A stretch of DNA of 63,424 bases, counting the filler. It is 19 parts of 19 records of this genome, joined end to end, with 100 filler letters (N's around TTAATTAATTAA, not from the genome) between each part and the next. Parts side by side here need not be neighbours in the genome. Positions count along the whole stretch, not along the records: positions 6,406 to 13,475 come from SRR16133337_60586; positions 13,576 to 15,986 come from SRR16133337_60754; positions 16,087 to 18,672 come from SRR16133337_60829; positions 18,773 to 23,392 come from SRR16133337_61552; 15 more parts are not named here. The stretch is one strand, 5' to 3'. Under the pieces are notes generated by a model. That model made no database searches and was not told the DNA's origin. It worked only from the letters and a program-made list of their open reading frames with translations. How positions within the stretch are numbered: the first letter of the stretch is position 1; every line of letters begins with the position of its first letter. Below are positions 10,974-22,487 of the stretch, piece after piece. A program made the position numbers and the translations under genes.

Positions 10974-11900
10974 TTAACGCTGAACCCCTATTTCTTCTTT
11001 AATTTGCTTCCTTAACGCTATTCCTCCGTTATTCAAAATTTCTTGTGCACACAAAGCTCCAAAATTCAATCCTTCTTTTAGGGCAATGGATTTATGGACT
11101 TCAATCTTTGAGCTTCCATCCAAAGCACTCAATATTCCTTTAAAATAAAGGGTCTTATTTTTGAGAAACGCATGGCCTCCTATGGGAGCTGTACAGCCCC
11201 CTTCTAAAGTTTTCATAAACTGACGTTCTACTGCTACTATTATTTCTGTTTCTACATGGTTTAGTTTTGCACAGGCTTCTAATACAAAATTGTCTTTTTC
11301 TGATGCTGTAACCATAATAGCACCTTGAGCTGGAGCTGGAATCATCCAATCCAACACATCGTGTTGTTTAGGTAGCATATGAATCCTTTCAAGTCCCGCC
11401 AAAGCAAAAAGAGCTCCATTCCAATCATTTTCTTGTAGCTTTTGCAAACGTGTATTTACATTTCCACGTAAACCGGTAACTTTATGTGTTGGGAATTTGT
11501 GCAACCACTGCGCTTTTCTACGTAAACTTCCCGTAGCAATCATGCCATAAGGACTTTCTAAAAAATCTAAACTTCCTTTGTAAACCAAAACATCCTGTAC
11601 AGGAGCACGTTCTAAAACAGCCGCTTGAACGATGTTCTTTGGCAAATCAGTAGGCACATCTTTTAACGAATGTACGGCAATATCAATCTCTCTACGCAAC
11701 ATTGCGAAGTCTAAACTTTTTGTAAACAACCCCATCTCTCCTATTTGATGTAAAGGCTTGTCTAAAATCTCATCTCCTGTAGAAGAGACTTCTACAATTG
11801 TTGTTTGGTATCCTAAATCAATCAATTTCTTCTGAACCCAACGGGCTTGCCATAAGGCCAATTCACTGTTTCGTGTTCCAATTTTTATACGTTTACTCAT
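10974..11900 (-). CDS. hemC: Hydroxymethylbilane synthase
   Basis: IGTRNSELALWQA, AVHSLKDVP, TGSLRRKAQ, LRGNVNTRL, LEGGCTAPIG. Confidence 0.98.
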   Translation of the reverse strand: MSKRIKIGTRNSELALWQARWVQKKLIDLGYQTTIVEVSSTGDEILDKPLHQIGEMGLFTKSLDFAMLRREIDIAVHSLKDVPTDLPKNIVQAAVLERAPVQDVLVYKGSLDFLESPYGMIATGSLRRKAQWLHKFPTHKVTGLRGNVNTRLQKLQENDWNGALFALAGLERIHMLPKQHDVLDWMIPAPAQGAIMVTASEKDNFVLEACAKLNHVETEIIVAVERQFMKTLEGGCTAPIGGHAFLKNKTLYFKGILSALDGSSKIEVHKSIALKEGLNFGALCAQEILNNGGIALRKQIKEEIGVQR

Positions 11901-12007
11901 TCGTAAATTTTAGATTTTCTCGCCTTTGTCCTGGTTGTCAGTTGTAAGAAGTGAAAAAGCGAGTCACCTAAAGCCACTAGCCTACTGCTTAAAGCTTATA
12001 AATTCCC

Positions 12008-13258
12008 TTATTCGTTTTCTTTAAATTCAAACATTTTAGTAATGATCTCTATACTTTGATTGACTGAAGTATCTTCTGCTTTTAAATGTTTTACAAATTG
12101 CGTTGTGAGTTTTTGGATAAAACGAGACATCATTATTTCTGCGTGTTCTGTATTAAAATCTTTTAATTTTTTGCTTTGAAAGTTGATTTCATCGCTTTGT
12201 ATAGACCGCAAGGAAGTTTTTAAAGCATTTACTGCAGGGGTAAATTTACGATGGTCTAACCATTCCATAAATTCTGCCTTATAGTCTAGGATGATTTGTT
12301 CTGCTTTTGGGACTTCTTTTTGTCTTTCGGTTATAGTTTTGTCGGTAATTTTTGACAACTCATCAATATTTACTAAAGAAATCCCTTTTAAATCTCGTAC
12401 CGCTAAATCTACGTTTTCTGGCATCGACAAATCTAAAATCAACAATTTTTTATCAACATCTATATGTTCTAAGGTAATTGTAGGAACTTCTGCTCTTGTA
12501 GAAACCACTAAAATTTCTGCTTTTTCAATTTCTTTAGAGAGATTCTCTATAGAATTAAATTTTACCTTTGTATATTCTTTTACAAATTCTTGTGCTTTAG
12601 ATACGGTTCTATTAATTAAAGTTACGTGCTTACAATTTGTATATTCAACCAAATTCTTACAGGTATTCTTACCGATATCTCCTAAACCGTATACCAAAAT
12701 TTTTTTTGACTCAAAATGGGCAATGGTATCCATAATATATTGAACGGCTGCATAAGATACTGAAGTGGTGCCAGAGCTTAACTTTGTCGTATTCTTTACT
12801 TTTTTACTTGCCTGAAGCACCAAATTGATCAAACGCTCTAAATAGGCATTTATTGTTTTTTGTTTTTTTGCTTGTTTGAAAGCGGTCTTTAACTGTCCTA
12901 CAATTTCATAATCCCCTAAAATCTGGCTATCTAATCCCGTTGCTATATGAAACAAATGTCGAATTGCTCCTTTGTCTTTATAAACAGTGGAAACATTGAC
13001 AAAATCCTCTACAGAGCCTTCAGAATACTTACACAACAATGAAATTAACTCAAATGGATGTTTTGCAAAACCCATGATTTCAGTTCTGTTACAAGTTGAA
13101 AGAATAAAGATCCCCTTAATCTCTCTCTCTTTTGCTTCTTTCAACAATAAAATCTGATTGGCTTTTGTTACGCTAAAAGCACTACGGGTTTTTAGCGCTG
13201 CCTTTTTATAGCTCAATCCAACATTATACAATTTAGTTCCTGTAACTTCGATACTCAT
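12008..13258 (-). CDS. hemA: Glutamyl-tRNA reductase
   Basis: LSTCNRTE, GLDSQILGD, SVSYAAV, DLSMPENVD. Confidence 0.98.
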   Translation of the reverse strand: MSIEVTGTKLYNVGLSYKKAALKTRSAFSVTKANQILLLKEAKEREIKGIFILSTCNRTEIMGFAKHPFELISLLCKYSEGSVEDFVNVSTVYKDKGAIRHLFHIATGLDSQILGDYEIVGQLKTAFKQAKKQKTINAYLERLINLVLQASKKVKNTTKLSSGTTSVSYAAVQYIMDTIAHFESKKILVYGLGDIGKNTCKNLVEYTNCKHVTLINRTVSKAQEFVKEYTKVKFNSIENLSKEIEKAEILVVSTRAEVPTITLEHIDVDKKLLILDLSMPENVDLAVRDLKGISLVNIDELSKITDKTITERQKEVPKAEQIILDYKAEFMEWLDHRKFTPAVNALKTSLRSIQSDEINFQSKKLKDFNTEHAEIMMSRFIQKLTTQFVKHLKAEDTSVNQSIEIITKMFEFKENE

Positions 13259-13356
13259 GCATCCCGTATTTCGTTCTTTGGTATGTCTTTCGAAAAACTA
13301 TCGATAGAAAACCTTAAAATATTTTACAAAAAAACGTCCTTTTTAGAAAGGATGTA

Positions 13357-13364
13357 CAAAAGTA
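13357..13364 (-). promoter_or_regulatory. Bacteroidota -7 promoter box upstream of hemA (TACTTTTG)
   Basis: Matches TAnnTTTG about 100 bp upstream of the hemA start. Confidence 0.5.
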
Positions 13365-13450
13365 CTGCCTTTCTTGAAATAAAAACATCGATAAAAGGAC
13401 TTTAAATATCGTCAAGAGGATTTCACTATTATTTTAGAAGAATTACAAAG

Positions 13451-13475
13451 ATACTCCGTCTGGTTAGAAACCCGA
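13451..13475 (+). mobile_element. IS/MITE terminal-repeat-like motif (ATACTC-N5/6-GTTAGAAACCyN-AAATTTT); other copies at 7037-7069 (+), 18793-18826 (-), 38925-38957 (+)
   Basis: Four similar intergenic copies; two point into contig ends. Confidence 0.55.
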
Positions 13476-16086
13476 NNNNNNNNNNNNNNNNNNNNNNNNN
13501 NNNNNNNNNNNNNNNNNNNTTAATTAATTAANNNNNNNNNNNNNNNNNNNNNNNNNNNNNNNNNNNNNNNNNNNNGAAAACTTCTTATGAAAAAAGTGTC
13601 TTGGTTTGATACATTAATATACAGTGTTTTTTTGTTTCAGTGTCATACTTAAAATGAAAATACAATCATTTTGATGGCACAAATTCAACACCAGCTTACC
13701 AAGCGCGCACTTTCTAAGCTTTCTAAGTTAACGGAGGATGGTGGACAAAACTTAAAACTTCTGAGCTCAATGACACAAGTGAAAAAAGAGCAATTTTCGG
13801 AGAAAAAAGATCAATTTTGTAAATTATTTAATTCCGAATCCATTATAACTTCAACATCCATATCACCCCATTCACTTCCTTCTTTGCTCCTTTCACAATA
13901 TGAGTGAAAAGACGTCGAAATTCCAACGAGTGTGGAGAAAATACGGGCCCCGCCTGTTATTTGTGGTAAGGAAAGCAATTTTGGGTGCCAGCGATTTTGG
14001 ACTTTTTTGTGGTGTTTCCTTCTTTTTGATGTTGCGTGTTGAATTCAACTTTGTCTTGGTGGCTTTTCTTCCGCTATTTCCTTAACTTGTTTCATTCCTA
14101 CTTTGCTTCCCTCCCTTGTTCCTTGCGTACTAGCTGCTCTATTAATTAGCGCGAATTAACGTGAGATCATTTTCTCAAACCGTGATGTACTCAGACAATA
14201 AATGTGTGTTCTAAATCTCGTTAGAGAGTTAGGGTCTTCCAAGTTCAGGATCGCTCGTGTATACAGTTTTCTTATATCTCGGCCAAAAAACAACACAAGT
14301 TAAATTATAGTCGAGAATTACTGTACTCGTCCTGACATCCAAATGTAATTAAATTTTTTGGTGGGGAAATTCCTATCGTGCGCGGTCTCTATCGCGGATT
14401 TGTTTTTTGGATTGTGACAGCATTTTTGGCCCGACAATTGGTTGAAAATCATAAAGATTGCTAATTTTCGTGAAATTGATTTTTGCGACGAATCGAGAAA
14501 GACTGTCTAGGCGCGCAGCCCTGTTCATCACCCTTTCAAAGCTACTACGCACATAATACTGCATTTATTGAAGGAAAACAACACACGCGTACAAAAATTT
14601 TAATTCGTCTATGCGAGTAGTGCTTACGCGAGATTTAAGTATACGCTTTCCCGCATGTAAACCCTGTTTGCAGACCTTTTTTAGAACAAAAGAAAGAAAT
14701 TAGTGTCTCCAACAAAATCACCAAGTTTAGGTTCTAAGTGCATTAAAAAAGGAATTACGGACAAGTGGATCGAAAAAAAAACCAAAATGCAAACGAATTT
14801 TTTATATTTCACATCATTCAGCATAAATTATTGCTGAAAAAACACACCATAGATTCCATATCCATAATCAAAAAGTAAATGGATATCAATATTATTTGTA
14901 CTAACCAGCGTCAAGAGGTCCTGTGAAGCGATTTTCGACAGGCACGCCAATTTGTCGAAGTGTTGTCATTTGAGTATTACCTGTAGGAAAAGAAACCCAC
15001 CCTTCTTGGTCGTCCAATGCAAGATAATACGCAACCGAATCAAATTCGAAACCTACCAAAAAATTGATTTATAATCTGAAACAAACATCCTTGCATTCTC
15101 GATTTTATTAAAAAAAAACTGTAACTAACATAAGCTTTTCTGCGGGCCTGCGAAATTGTGAAACCTCAAAATTCTAATTTGCTTTAATGCAATGTGTCAA
15201 AAGTTGTTTTGTTTGTCTACGCGGCACTCTTACGGCATAGAATTTAAAAAAATATATATTAATTTTTCTGGAATTAAAGACATTGTACTGCACGGTGATG
15301 AAATTTTTCATTTATTTTAGTCAAGAGAGTATCTGTCCCGCATTTTAAACTAAAATATAGCATTGCGTTGTGTCCTATACTCACATACATTTGTAGAATT
15401 GATTGTTAAATGCTGATGGGACAGTACTATGCATTAAGGGGCGACTGCCTAAGGAATTTTAAAATCGAAATTTTAGTTTTTGAGCTCGCTCGCTATCAAA
15501 ATTGTTTTTACAGTACAAAAACATGTCTTGATCAGATCATGGATATCAAAATATGAAAATTGTATACATTCTCCCATGGAAAGGCAGGGTTTTCACTTTC
15601 AAAATTAAAATATTGTGCGCCAACACTCCCCAAAATTCCATTTATCGTTCTTAAAATCAAACCTATGTAATTTCTTCAAAAACAAATTCATAATTGTAAT
15701 ATTCACAAAAAGATTTTGTGCTGTCAACTTTTTTTAATTAATAGATAAAATCTGGATAATCAACAAAAACATCAACACAGAAGATTTCGAGCAAAAATGT
15801 ATTCAACAAGATAATATGCTCTTACTAGGTCCACGAAAGAAGGATTAAAGAATTTTCAAAGAATTCCATAGATTTGATTTCGAGGACAAGAAACACCCCC
15901 CTTTGGGGGTATTTTCACATTTGAAAATTTTACACTCTTTACCTAGAGATGACTCATCAATTGAATATGCAATATCGGTGTATTCANNNNNNNNNNNNNN
16001 NNNNNNNNNNNNNNNNNNNNNNNNNNNNNNTTAATTAATTAANNNNNNNNNNNNNNNNNNNNNNNNNNNNNNNNNNNNNNNNNNNN

Positions 16087-16535
16087 ATAAAAGAATCATT
16101 AGAAGCTTTATTGTAGGATTCTAGAATAAGAGATCTAAAAATATATAGAATTAAAACGATATAGAATCCTATTCTATATTTTTTAATTTTTGCTTTCAAT
16201 AATAAAAAAACTCCAAATAAAATAATAAAAAATTGAGAAAGCAAGTTTAATATAAAAAAGCTTTTTGAAATATCTCCCGTAATTTTATAAAAAATGAATA
16301 CAAAAAAATAGTAGATAGATGTGGTACCTTTTATATTTTCATGATACCATCCAAATTTTAAATAGTCTTTAAAATTAGAAATATAGCCATCATTATCTCC
16401 TACTTCTATTGTTGAATTTAGAGTCCATAGAACCCATAAAAGGAAGGTTATTATAACATATATACCAATACTAAATTTTAATAATTTACTTGAGAATAGA
16501 TAAGTATTCGCTTTTTTAAATTGATCAAGATTCAT
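16087..16535 (-). CDS. Multi-pass membrane protein of a polysaccharide cluster (3' cut)
   Basis: Several hydrophobic segments, very low GC, start overlaps the wecE-like stop. Confidence 0.7.
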
Positions 16536-17658
16536 AAAAAAGATGAATTAAATTTAAAATGATTTTTTGCTCTTTAGGTTTTAATTCGTAATAAAGAGGT
16601 AATCTTAAAATTTTATCTGTAAAGTGATCGCTTCTGGACAGTTCTTTTCCAGAATATTGATCTTTATAATAGGGACTTTTATGTAAACTCAAGTAGTGAA
16701 AAACGGCGTTGATATTTCTTTTTTTTAAAAAGGCAATTAGTTTTGTTCTCTCTAATTTTGAATTACAAACTAAATAAAATAGGTGTGCATTATTGGTAGA
16801 CGTATTAGGAGCATAGGGTAATTGAATCTTTCCTAAAGTTTCTAATTTTTGTAATTCTTTAAAATAGGTATTCCATATTTTTTTTCTTTTCTTTTGTATG
16901 TCCTTTAAATTTTCTAATTGTGCCCATAAAAAAGCGGCTACAATTTCAGAAGGTAAAAAGGAAGAACCTATATCTACCCATCTATATTGATCGATCTCTC
17001 CCCTAAAAAAAGCAGCACGATTGGTTCCTTTTTCCCAAATAATTTCTGCTCTTTCCATAAATTGTTCTTCATTAATGGCTAATAAGCCTCCTTCACCGCA
17101 TTGTATGTTTTTTGTTTCATGAAAAGAAAAGGTGGCTAAATGCCCGATACTGCCTAAAGGTTTTCCTTTGTAATAAGAATCGATTGCTTGGGCAGCATCT
17201 TCTACAACGAATAAACGGTGTTTTTTTGCAATGGCTAGAATGGTATCCATTTCGCAAGAAATTCCTGCATAATGTACAACAACAATGGCTTTTGTTTTTC
17301 TGGTAATTAAACTTTCAATTTTTGTTTCGTCAATATTCGGATGGTCTTGTCTTGAATCTGCAAAAACAATTTTGGCCCCTCTTAGTATAAAAGCGTTTGC
17401 TGTGGAAACAAAAGTATAGGAGGGCATAATCACTTCCTCTCCTTTTTTTATGTTTAAAAGCAGGGCACACATTTCTAAGGCATCTGTACAGGATGTCGTT
17501 AGCAATGCTTTTTGAATTCCAAATTTTTCTTCAAAAAAGCATTGGCATTTTTGTGTAAAAATTCCATTTCCAGAAATTTTACCAGAAGCTACTGCTTCTT
17601 TTATATATTTGGTTTCGTTCCCTGTGAAATAGGGTTTGTTAAAAGCGATAGATTTCAT
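16525..17658 (-). CDS. rffA: dTDP-4-amino-4,6-dideoxygalactose transaminase (DegT family)
   Basis: LTTSCTDALEM, VEDAAQ, FSFHETKNIQCGEGG, EKGTNR, GSSFLPSEI. Confidence 0.93.
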   Translation of the reverse strand: MKSIAFNKPYFTGNETKYIKEAVASGKISGNGIFTQKCQCFFEEKFGIQKALLTTSCTDALEMCALLLNIKKGEEVIMPSYTFVSTANAFILRGAKIVFADSRQDHPNIDETKIESLITRKTKAIVVVHYAGISCEMDTILAIAKKHRLFVVEDAAQAIDSYYKGKPLGSIGHLATFSFHETKNIQCGEGGLLAINEEQFMERAEIIWEKGTNRAAFFRGEIDQYRWVDIGSSFLPSEIVAAFLWAQLENLKDIQKKRKKIWNTYFKELQKLETLGKIQLPYAPNTSTNNAHLFYLVCNSKLERTKLIAFLKKRNINAVFHYLSLHKSPYYKDQYSGKELSRSDHFTDKILRLPLYYELKPKEQKIILNLIHLFYES

Positions 17659-17659
17659 T

Positions 17660-18056
17660 CTAATTTTTTTCTAATAGGGCAATTCCAAATCCTGTTTTTC
17701 CATATCCATTACCATTATATAACATATATCTATTTCCTTTATAGTCAAAAACAAAAGGATAACAAATCATCTCTGAATCCCAATTACCTTTAGCTGAATT
17801 TCTAAAAGGAGTTGAATGTCCTAAATTCCAACCAATATAATAAAAATACCTTTGCTTATTTATAGTTGTATATGACACCCCATGATCCCATCTTCATCAA
17901 ACAAACCCATTTTTCCTAAATCTAAGAGTGGTGTTTCAGAAACATTTATTGAGCCATTAAATAAATCATTGAAATCAAATTCGGCCCAACCTGTCATCGA
18001 TTTATTTTCATTTGTTCTAGCTGAAAAATAAATTCGAATAATGTTATTTTCACTTA
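17660..18056 (-). pseudogene. Eroded beta-propeller glycosylase-like gene of polysaccharide clusters
   Basis: No start; IRIYFSAR..PLLDLGKMGLFDEDGIMG, then a frameshift into YYIGWN..PFRNS, joined directly to C-terminal WDSEMICYPFVF..YNGNGYGKTGFG. Confidence 0.75.
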
Positions 18057-18672
18057 TATCTTTATTTGGTTGCTTGTTTTATTCAACTTCACTACTCTAG
18101 GAGCAAGATAAACTCCTTTTTCTTCTGTGCTTTTTAATATTGTGGCTCCTGCCCCTAATAAAGTTTCTTTTGCAACATTAACTTTATGCCCAACAGCTGA
18201 ATTCACCCCTAAGAAACAATTAGATTCTATTTTGCAATGTCCAGAAATAGCTACATGAGGAGCAACAAAATTATGATCTTTTATTTCTGAATGGTGACCA
18301 ATATGATTTCCACTCCAAAGTATAACATTGTTACCTATTCTAACAAAAGGTTGAATTGTACTGTCTTCTAATATAAAACAATTGTCACCATGTTCAAATT
18401 GAGACAAATAACTACATTTACTACTAACATATGAAACTAGCTCATATCCCTTTTCTTTAGCCAAGTGGTACTTTTCTTCTCTTATTTTATTCATTTTAGA
18501 ATAACCTAAAGCGATAAACATTTTATACTCAGAAGGTGGATATTTTTCTTGAATCTCATCAAATGAGATTAAATTTTTCCCTTCATAATTTGGCGATGTT
18601 ATGTATTTTTTATCAATCGTAAAAGCAACAACATCATACGAAGAATCAATCTCAAAATAATAATTTGCTAAC
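18054..18672 (-). CDS. Hexapeptide-repeat sugar acetyltransferase (NeuD/PglD-like), 5' cut
   Basis: IQPFVRIGNNVILWSGNHIGHHSEI left-handed beta-helix repeats; frame open to contig end. Confidence 0.9.
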
Positions 18673-18943
18673 NNNNNNNNNNNNNNNNNNNNNNNNNNNN
18701 NNNNNNNNNNNNNNNNTTAATTAATTAANNNNNNNNNNNNNNNNNNNNNNNNNNNNNNNNNNNNNNNNNNNNAGAAACAAAAATAGCAAGCCTAAAATTT
18801 CCAGGTTTCTAACTGGACGGAGTATATTTGATTCTCGATACATTTTTCTTTAAGAACTTTTTGTTAAATCTTTACTATTTTATGTTCAAAGAAAAATACT
18901 CGAATTGACAATGGAATTTATAATCTTGATCCCTCCTCCTTTT

Positions 18944-21900
18944 TTATTTTAGACTTATTATTTTCGTTAAATAGTAGTAACATAGTGGGATAAAATAAAG
19001 ACTAATAAGCGTTCCCAACAACATTCCTCCAATCAATGAAATTGCCAAAGGAGCTTGTAATTCAGCTCCCAAACCTGTAGTAAATAACAAAGGAATTAAG
19101 GCTAGTATTGTCGTTAAGCTGGTCATTAAAATTGGTTTCAACCGTCTTTGCCCAGCCACTAACAAAACTTTTAACAAAGAAGATTCCGTTTTTTGAAGTT
19201 GAATTATCGCATCTATCTTTAAGATAGAATCGTTGATAATAATTCCACTCATTACCACAATCCCAATCATTGACATCAGGTTGATGCTCATTCCAAACAA
19301 TTTTAAAAACAAAAAAGCACCCGCCAAATCCAATGGAACTTCCACTAAAATAATCAAAGGCAATACAAAAGATTCAAACTGAGATGCCAAAATAAGATAC
19401 AAAAGAACTAATGAAATAAATAGCACAATTCCCAATTCCCCCATCAATTCTTGATTCTTAAAAATACTTCCTGTAAAACTGACTTCGTACCATTTATTGG
19501 ACTGAATAACTGCTTTGATTTTTGAAATGATGTTTTCTGAATCTTTATTTGAAACTTCTAACTCCATAGGATAATAGGTTCCTTCTACACCTCCTACAAT
19601 CGTTCTTAAATCTTGAGACTGTTGAACTTTGATAAATTCTTTGACTCGGATACGTGCACTGTCTTTGGAATATACCGTGGTTTCCTCCAAAACTTCTTCT
19701 ATAGATTTGATACCGCTTCCCAACAATACGGGTACAAAATCTTGATGGTCTATGATGGAAAGTATTTCTCGCTCATTAAAAGCACTTTTCAAACTATTGA
19801 ATAAAGTGTTTGCAGTTACTCCATAAGTCATTAATTTTTCTTGATCTGCGACTAAAGTCAGATGGTCTTGCCACACAATAGGTTTTAAGTCTAAAGTTCC
19901 TAAACTTGCTTGTACTTGATACCAGACTTCTTTTAGCGATTCCTTTTGACGACCTCCTAAGCCCTCTACATTTCGAATTCTAGCCACCAAAGGGGCTTCT
20001 TCTTCTGAAAAAATCAAATTGAAAATTGTGGTGACTTCTTTATACATATACAACGCTTTGGGATAGCTTGCTTGAATTTCTCTTTGTAACCTTCTTTGTA
20101 CATCTCTCAGTACTTTCTCTGAAGTACATTGCAAATACAAACTGCTTTCTGAGGATCTTGCGTCTACTTCTTTGTCTAATAAAAATTGTTGATTGCCTAC
20201 TAAAGCAGTATGGTCTAAAATTTCTTGTTCTACAACCTTTAAGACTTCCAATACTCTGCGTTTGTTTTCTTCTACATTGATTTGTTCGTTCCAATCAATT
20301 TTCAGCAAAGTCTCTGTATTTGTAAAAGTTGGCATTTGTGTTTTTGGCAAACTGTTGTACAAAGCGATTGCTGAGATTGCCAAGAAAAAAACAAACGTCC
20401 AAGCTATTTTTTGTTTTCGCATTACCCATCGAAATCCTTTTTCATATAAAGCCGCGTAATCTAACGTGTTTGATTTTTCCAAAAAACGACTGATTTTCCC
20501 CTTTTTAGTACTTTCTTTTGCATGAAATAAATAATACAATACGGGTAATAAAATGATAGACACTAACAAGGAAACAAACAAACCTATACTAATTGCCATC
20601 GCTTGATCGTAAAACAAAGCACCTGTAATTCCACTTAAAAATACCAAAGGTAAAAATACAGCACAGGTTGTCAAGGCTGAACTCAACAAGGGTTTGAATA
20701 CTTCATTCGTTCCTTGAATACAAGATTGAGGTATTGAAAGTCCTTGTTCTTTATATTGATTTATATTGTCAATAACAATGATAGAATTGTCAATCATCAA
20801 ACCAATTCCCAAAACCAATCCTGAAAGGGAAATGATGTTGATGGAAATTTCAAATACCTGAAAAAACAACAAAGAAACGACCAGAGAAACAGGAATACTG
20901 ATTCCTATCAACAAGGGAGTCTTGATATTTTTAAAAAATAAAAACATCACTGTAAAAGCCAAAAATACTCCCCAAAGCAAACTCTTTAACAAATTAGAAA
21001 TCGCATAATCTAACAATTTAGTTTGATCTCTAGTAATTGAAAAATCTAGGCTTGGATAATCTGATTTTAGCTGATTTAAAGTGGTTTCAAGAGCCCTTTT
21101 TAAATCTCCCATACGGGCATCACTTTGCTTGATAATTGCCATCACTAGGGCTTCTTTTCCTTTTGACAAAACCAAGCCTGTCCGTTTTTGTGGATGTTCC
21201 AGTATCTCAGCAAATTCTTTCAATTGGAATACACGTCCACTTTTACGGATGTAAATATCTTTGAGTTCTTGAATGTTATTTAAAGAACTTCCCAAACGTA
21301 CATTGTATTGGTACTGACTGTCTTTAATAACTAAGCTCTCCACTTCCAAATCATACGTTTTGATGGCCGTTTCTAAGTCATTTAAAGTGATGTTTAGGGC
21401 GTGTAATTTTTGAAGATCTGGAAGAATTAAAATCTCTGAAAACACCAAACCACTGACATCTACCATAGCCACTTCATCGACTTGTTCAATGCGTTTTCGA
21501 ATCACCTGATTCACAAAACGATTGAAATCGACAAATTTTTGGCTTACAGGATACAAATCTTTACCTCCAGTTTGGTTTAGAAGATTATTCTCTAACGAAT
21601 CTTTTAAAGTCATGCTCAAATAAAACACAGGAATGTCTGTTGCACTGGCTTTGATGACTTTTGGTCGTCGGACGCTTTTGGGAAAATAGCCCATAGTCCT
21701 GTCTATTTTTTCATTGACTTCTATAAAGGAATAATCAATTTTGGTACCGTGTGCAAAACGCAAACGAATCAATCCGACTCCGTTACCCGTTTCACTTTTG
21801 ATGTCTTTTAAGTGACTTACTTGCATCAAGCTGCTTCTCAGAGGTTTTACTAGGACGTCTTCCAATTGCCTTGCCGACATTTTTTCTGCGGTTACCTGTA

Positions 21901-22033
21901 CCGTTATTTCTGGAATATCAATATCTGGCATTAAAGAAATAGGAATAAGACCTGCTGCGTAAAAACCGAGAATTAATATCCCCAAAGTACTCATCAGCAC
22001 AGCAATGGGTTTGTGAATAAGGAATTTTACCAT
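18944..22033 (-). CDS. RND efflux transporter permease subunit (AcrB/AcrD/AcrF family)
   Basis: 1029 aa, two TM clusters, MPDIDIPEITV, IGLMIDNSIIV, RLKPILMTSLTT. Confidence 0.95.
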   Translation of the reverse strand: MVKFLIHKPIAVLMSTLGILILGFYAAGLIPISLMPDIDIPEITVQVTAEKMSARQLEDVLVKPLRSSLMQVSHLKDIKSETGNGVGLIRLRFAHGTKIDYSFIEVNEKIDRTMGYFPKSVRRPKVIKASATDIPVFYLSMTLKDSLENNLLNQTGGKDLYPVSQKFVDFNRFVNQVIRKRIEQVDEVAMVDVSGLVFSEILILPDLQKLHALNITLNDLETAIKTYDLEVESLVIKDSQYQYNVRLGSSLNNIQELKDIYIRKSGRVFQLKEFAEILEHPQKRTGLVLSKGKEALVMAIIKQSDARMGDLKRALETTLNQLKSDYPSLDFSITRDQTKLLDYAISNLLKSLLWGVFLAFTVMFLFFKNIKTPLLIGISIPVSLVVSLLFFQVFEISINIISLSGLVLGIGLMIDNSIIVIDNINQYKEQGLSIPQSCIQGTNEVFKPLLSSALTTCAVFLPLVFLSGITGALFYDQAMAISIGLFVSLLVSIILLPVLYYLFHAKESTKKGKISRFLEKSNTLDYAALYEKGFRWVMRKQKIAWTFVFFLAISAIALYNSLPKTQMPTFTNTETLLKIDWNEQINVEENKRRVLEVLKVVEQEILDHTALVGNQQFLLDKEVDARSSESSLYLQCTSEKVLRDVQRRLQREIQASYPKALYMYKEVTTIFNLIFSEEEAPLVARIRNVEGLGGRQKESLKEVWYQVQASLGTLDLKPIVWQDHLTLVADQEKLMTYGVTANTLFNSLKSAFNEREILSIIDHQDFVPVLLGSGIKSIEEVLEETTVYSKDSARIRVKEFIKVQQSQDLRTIVGGVEGTYYPMELEVSNKDSENIISKIKAVIQSNKWYEVSFTGSIFKNQELMGELGIVLFISLVLLYLILASQFESFVLPLIILVEVPLDLAGAFLFLKLFGMSINLMSMIGIVVMSGIIINDSILKIDAIIQLQKTESSLLKVLLVAGQRRLKPILMTSLTTILALIPLLFTTGLGAELQAPLAISLIGGMLLGTLISLYFIPLCYYYLTKIISLK

Positions 22034-22058
22034 GGTGGATCTTTTTGCATTTTTAATT

Positions 22059-22487
22059 TCAATATTTTTTAAGATTTTTATAGGTAAGCAAAATATAACT
22101 ATTCAATAATACGAAGCATAAATTGACAATCAAATGTTGTACATAACTAAGCTCTACAAAAATACCTCCACAAGAACATCCTTCAAAAAGAGAGAAATTA
22201 TTGATGGCGATCAAATAAAAAGTATATAGTAGTAACAAAAAAAAGGGAAATTGTAAGGAAAATCTTGCAGTTCTTTTTAAATTCAATAAAATAAAAAGCA
22301 ACATCTCTACCACAGGTACAACAATTTGTAGATACGGAATTGAAAATTCTGGAATCAAATGAGAATTGTACAAAGTCATTTCAAAATCATTGAAATGGGC
22401 TATTTTATAGGAACTACTATACAAAAACAATAAGGAAAGTAATGCAATCAATCCTAAATTTATAGTGTCCTTATTTATGTATTTCAT
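22059..22487 (-). CDS. MauE/DoxX-family membrane protein
   Basis: LFLYSSSYKI..., GCSCGGIF, HLIVN; four TM segments; start uncertain. Confidence 0.85.
   Translation of the reverse strand: MKYINKDTINLGLIALLSLLFLYSSSYKIAHFNDFEMTLYNSHLIPEFSIPYLQIVVPVVEMLLFILLNLKRTARFSLQFPFFLLLLYTFYLIAINNFSLFEGCSCGGIFVELSYVQHLIVNLCFVLLNSYILLTYKNLKKY

Noticed and set aside
13576-15986. Short ORFs in this contig and in 36456-38483, 44200-46227 and 55520-57000
   Set aside because: No recognisable domains or coherent exon chains; most likely eukaryotic noncoding DNA.
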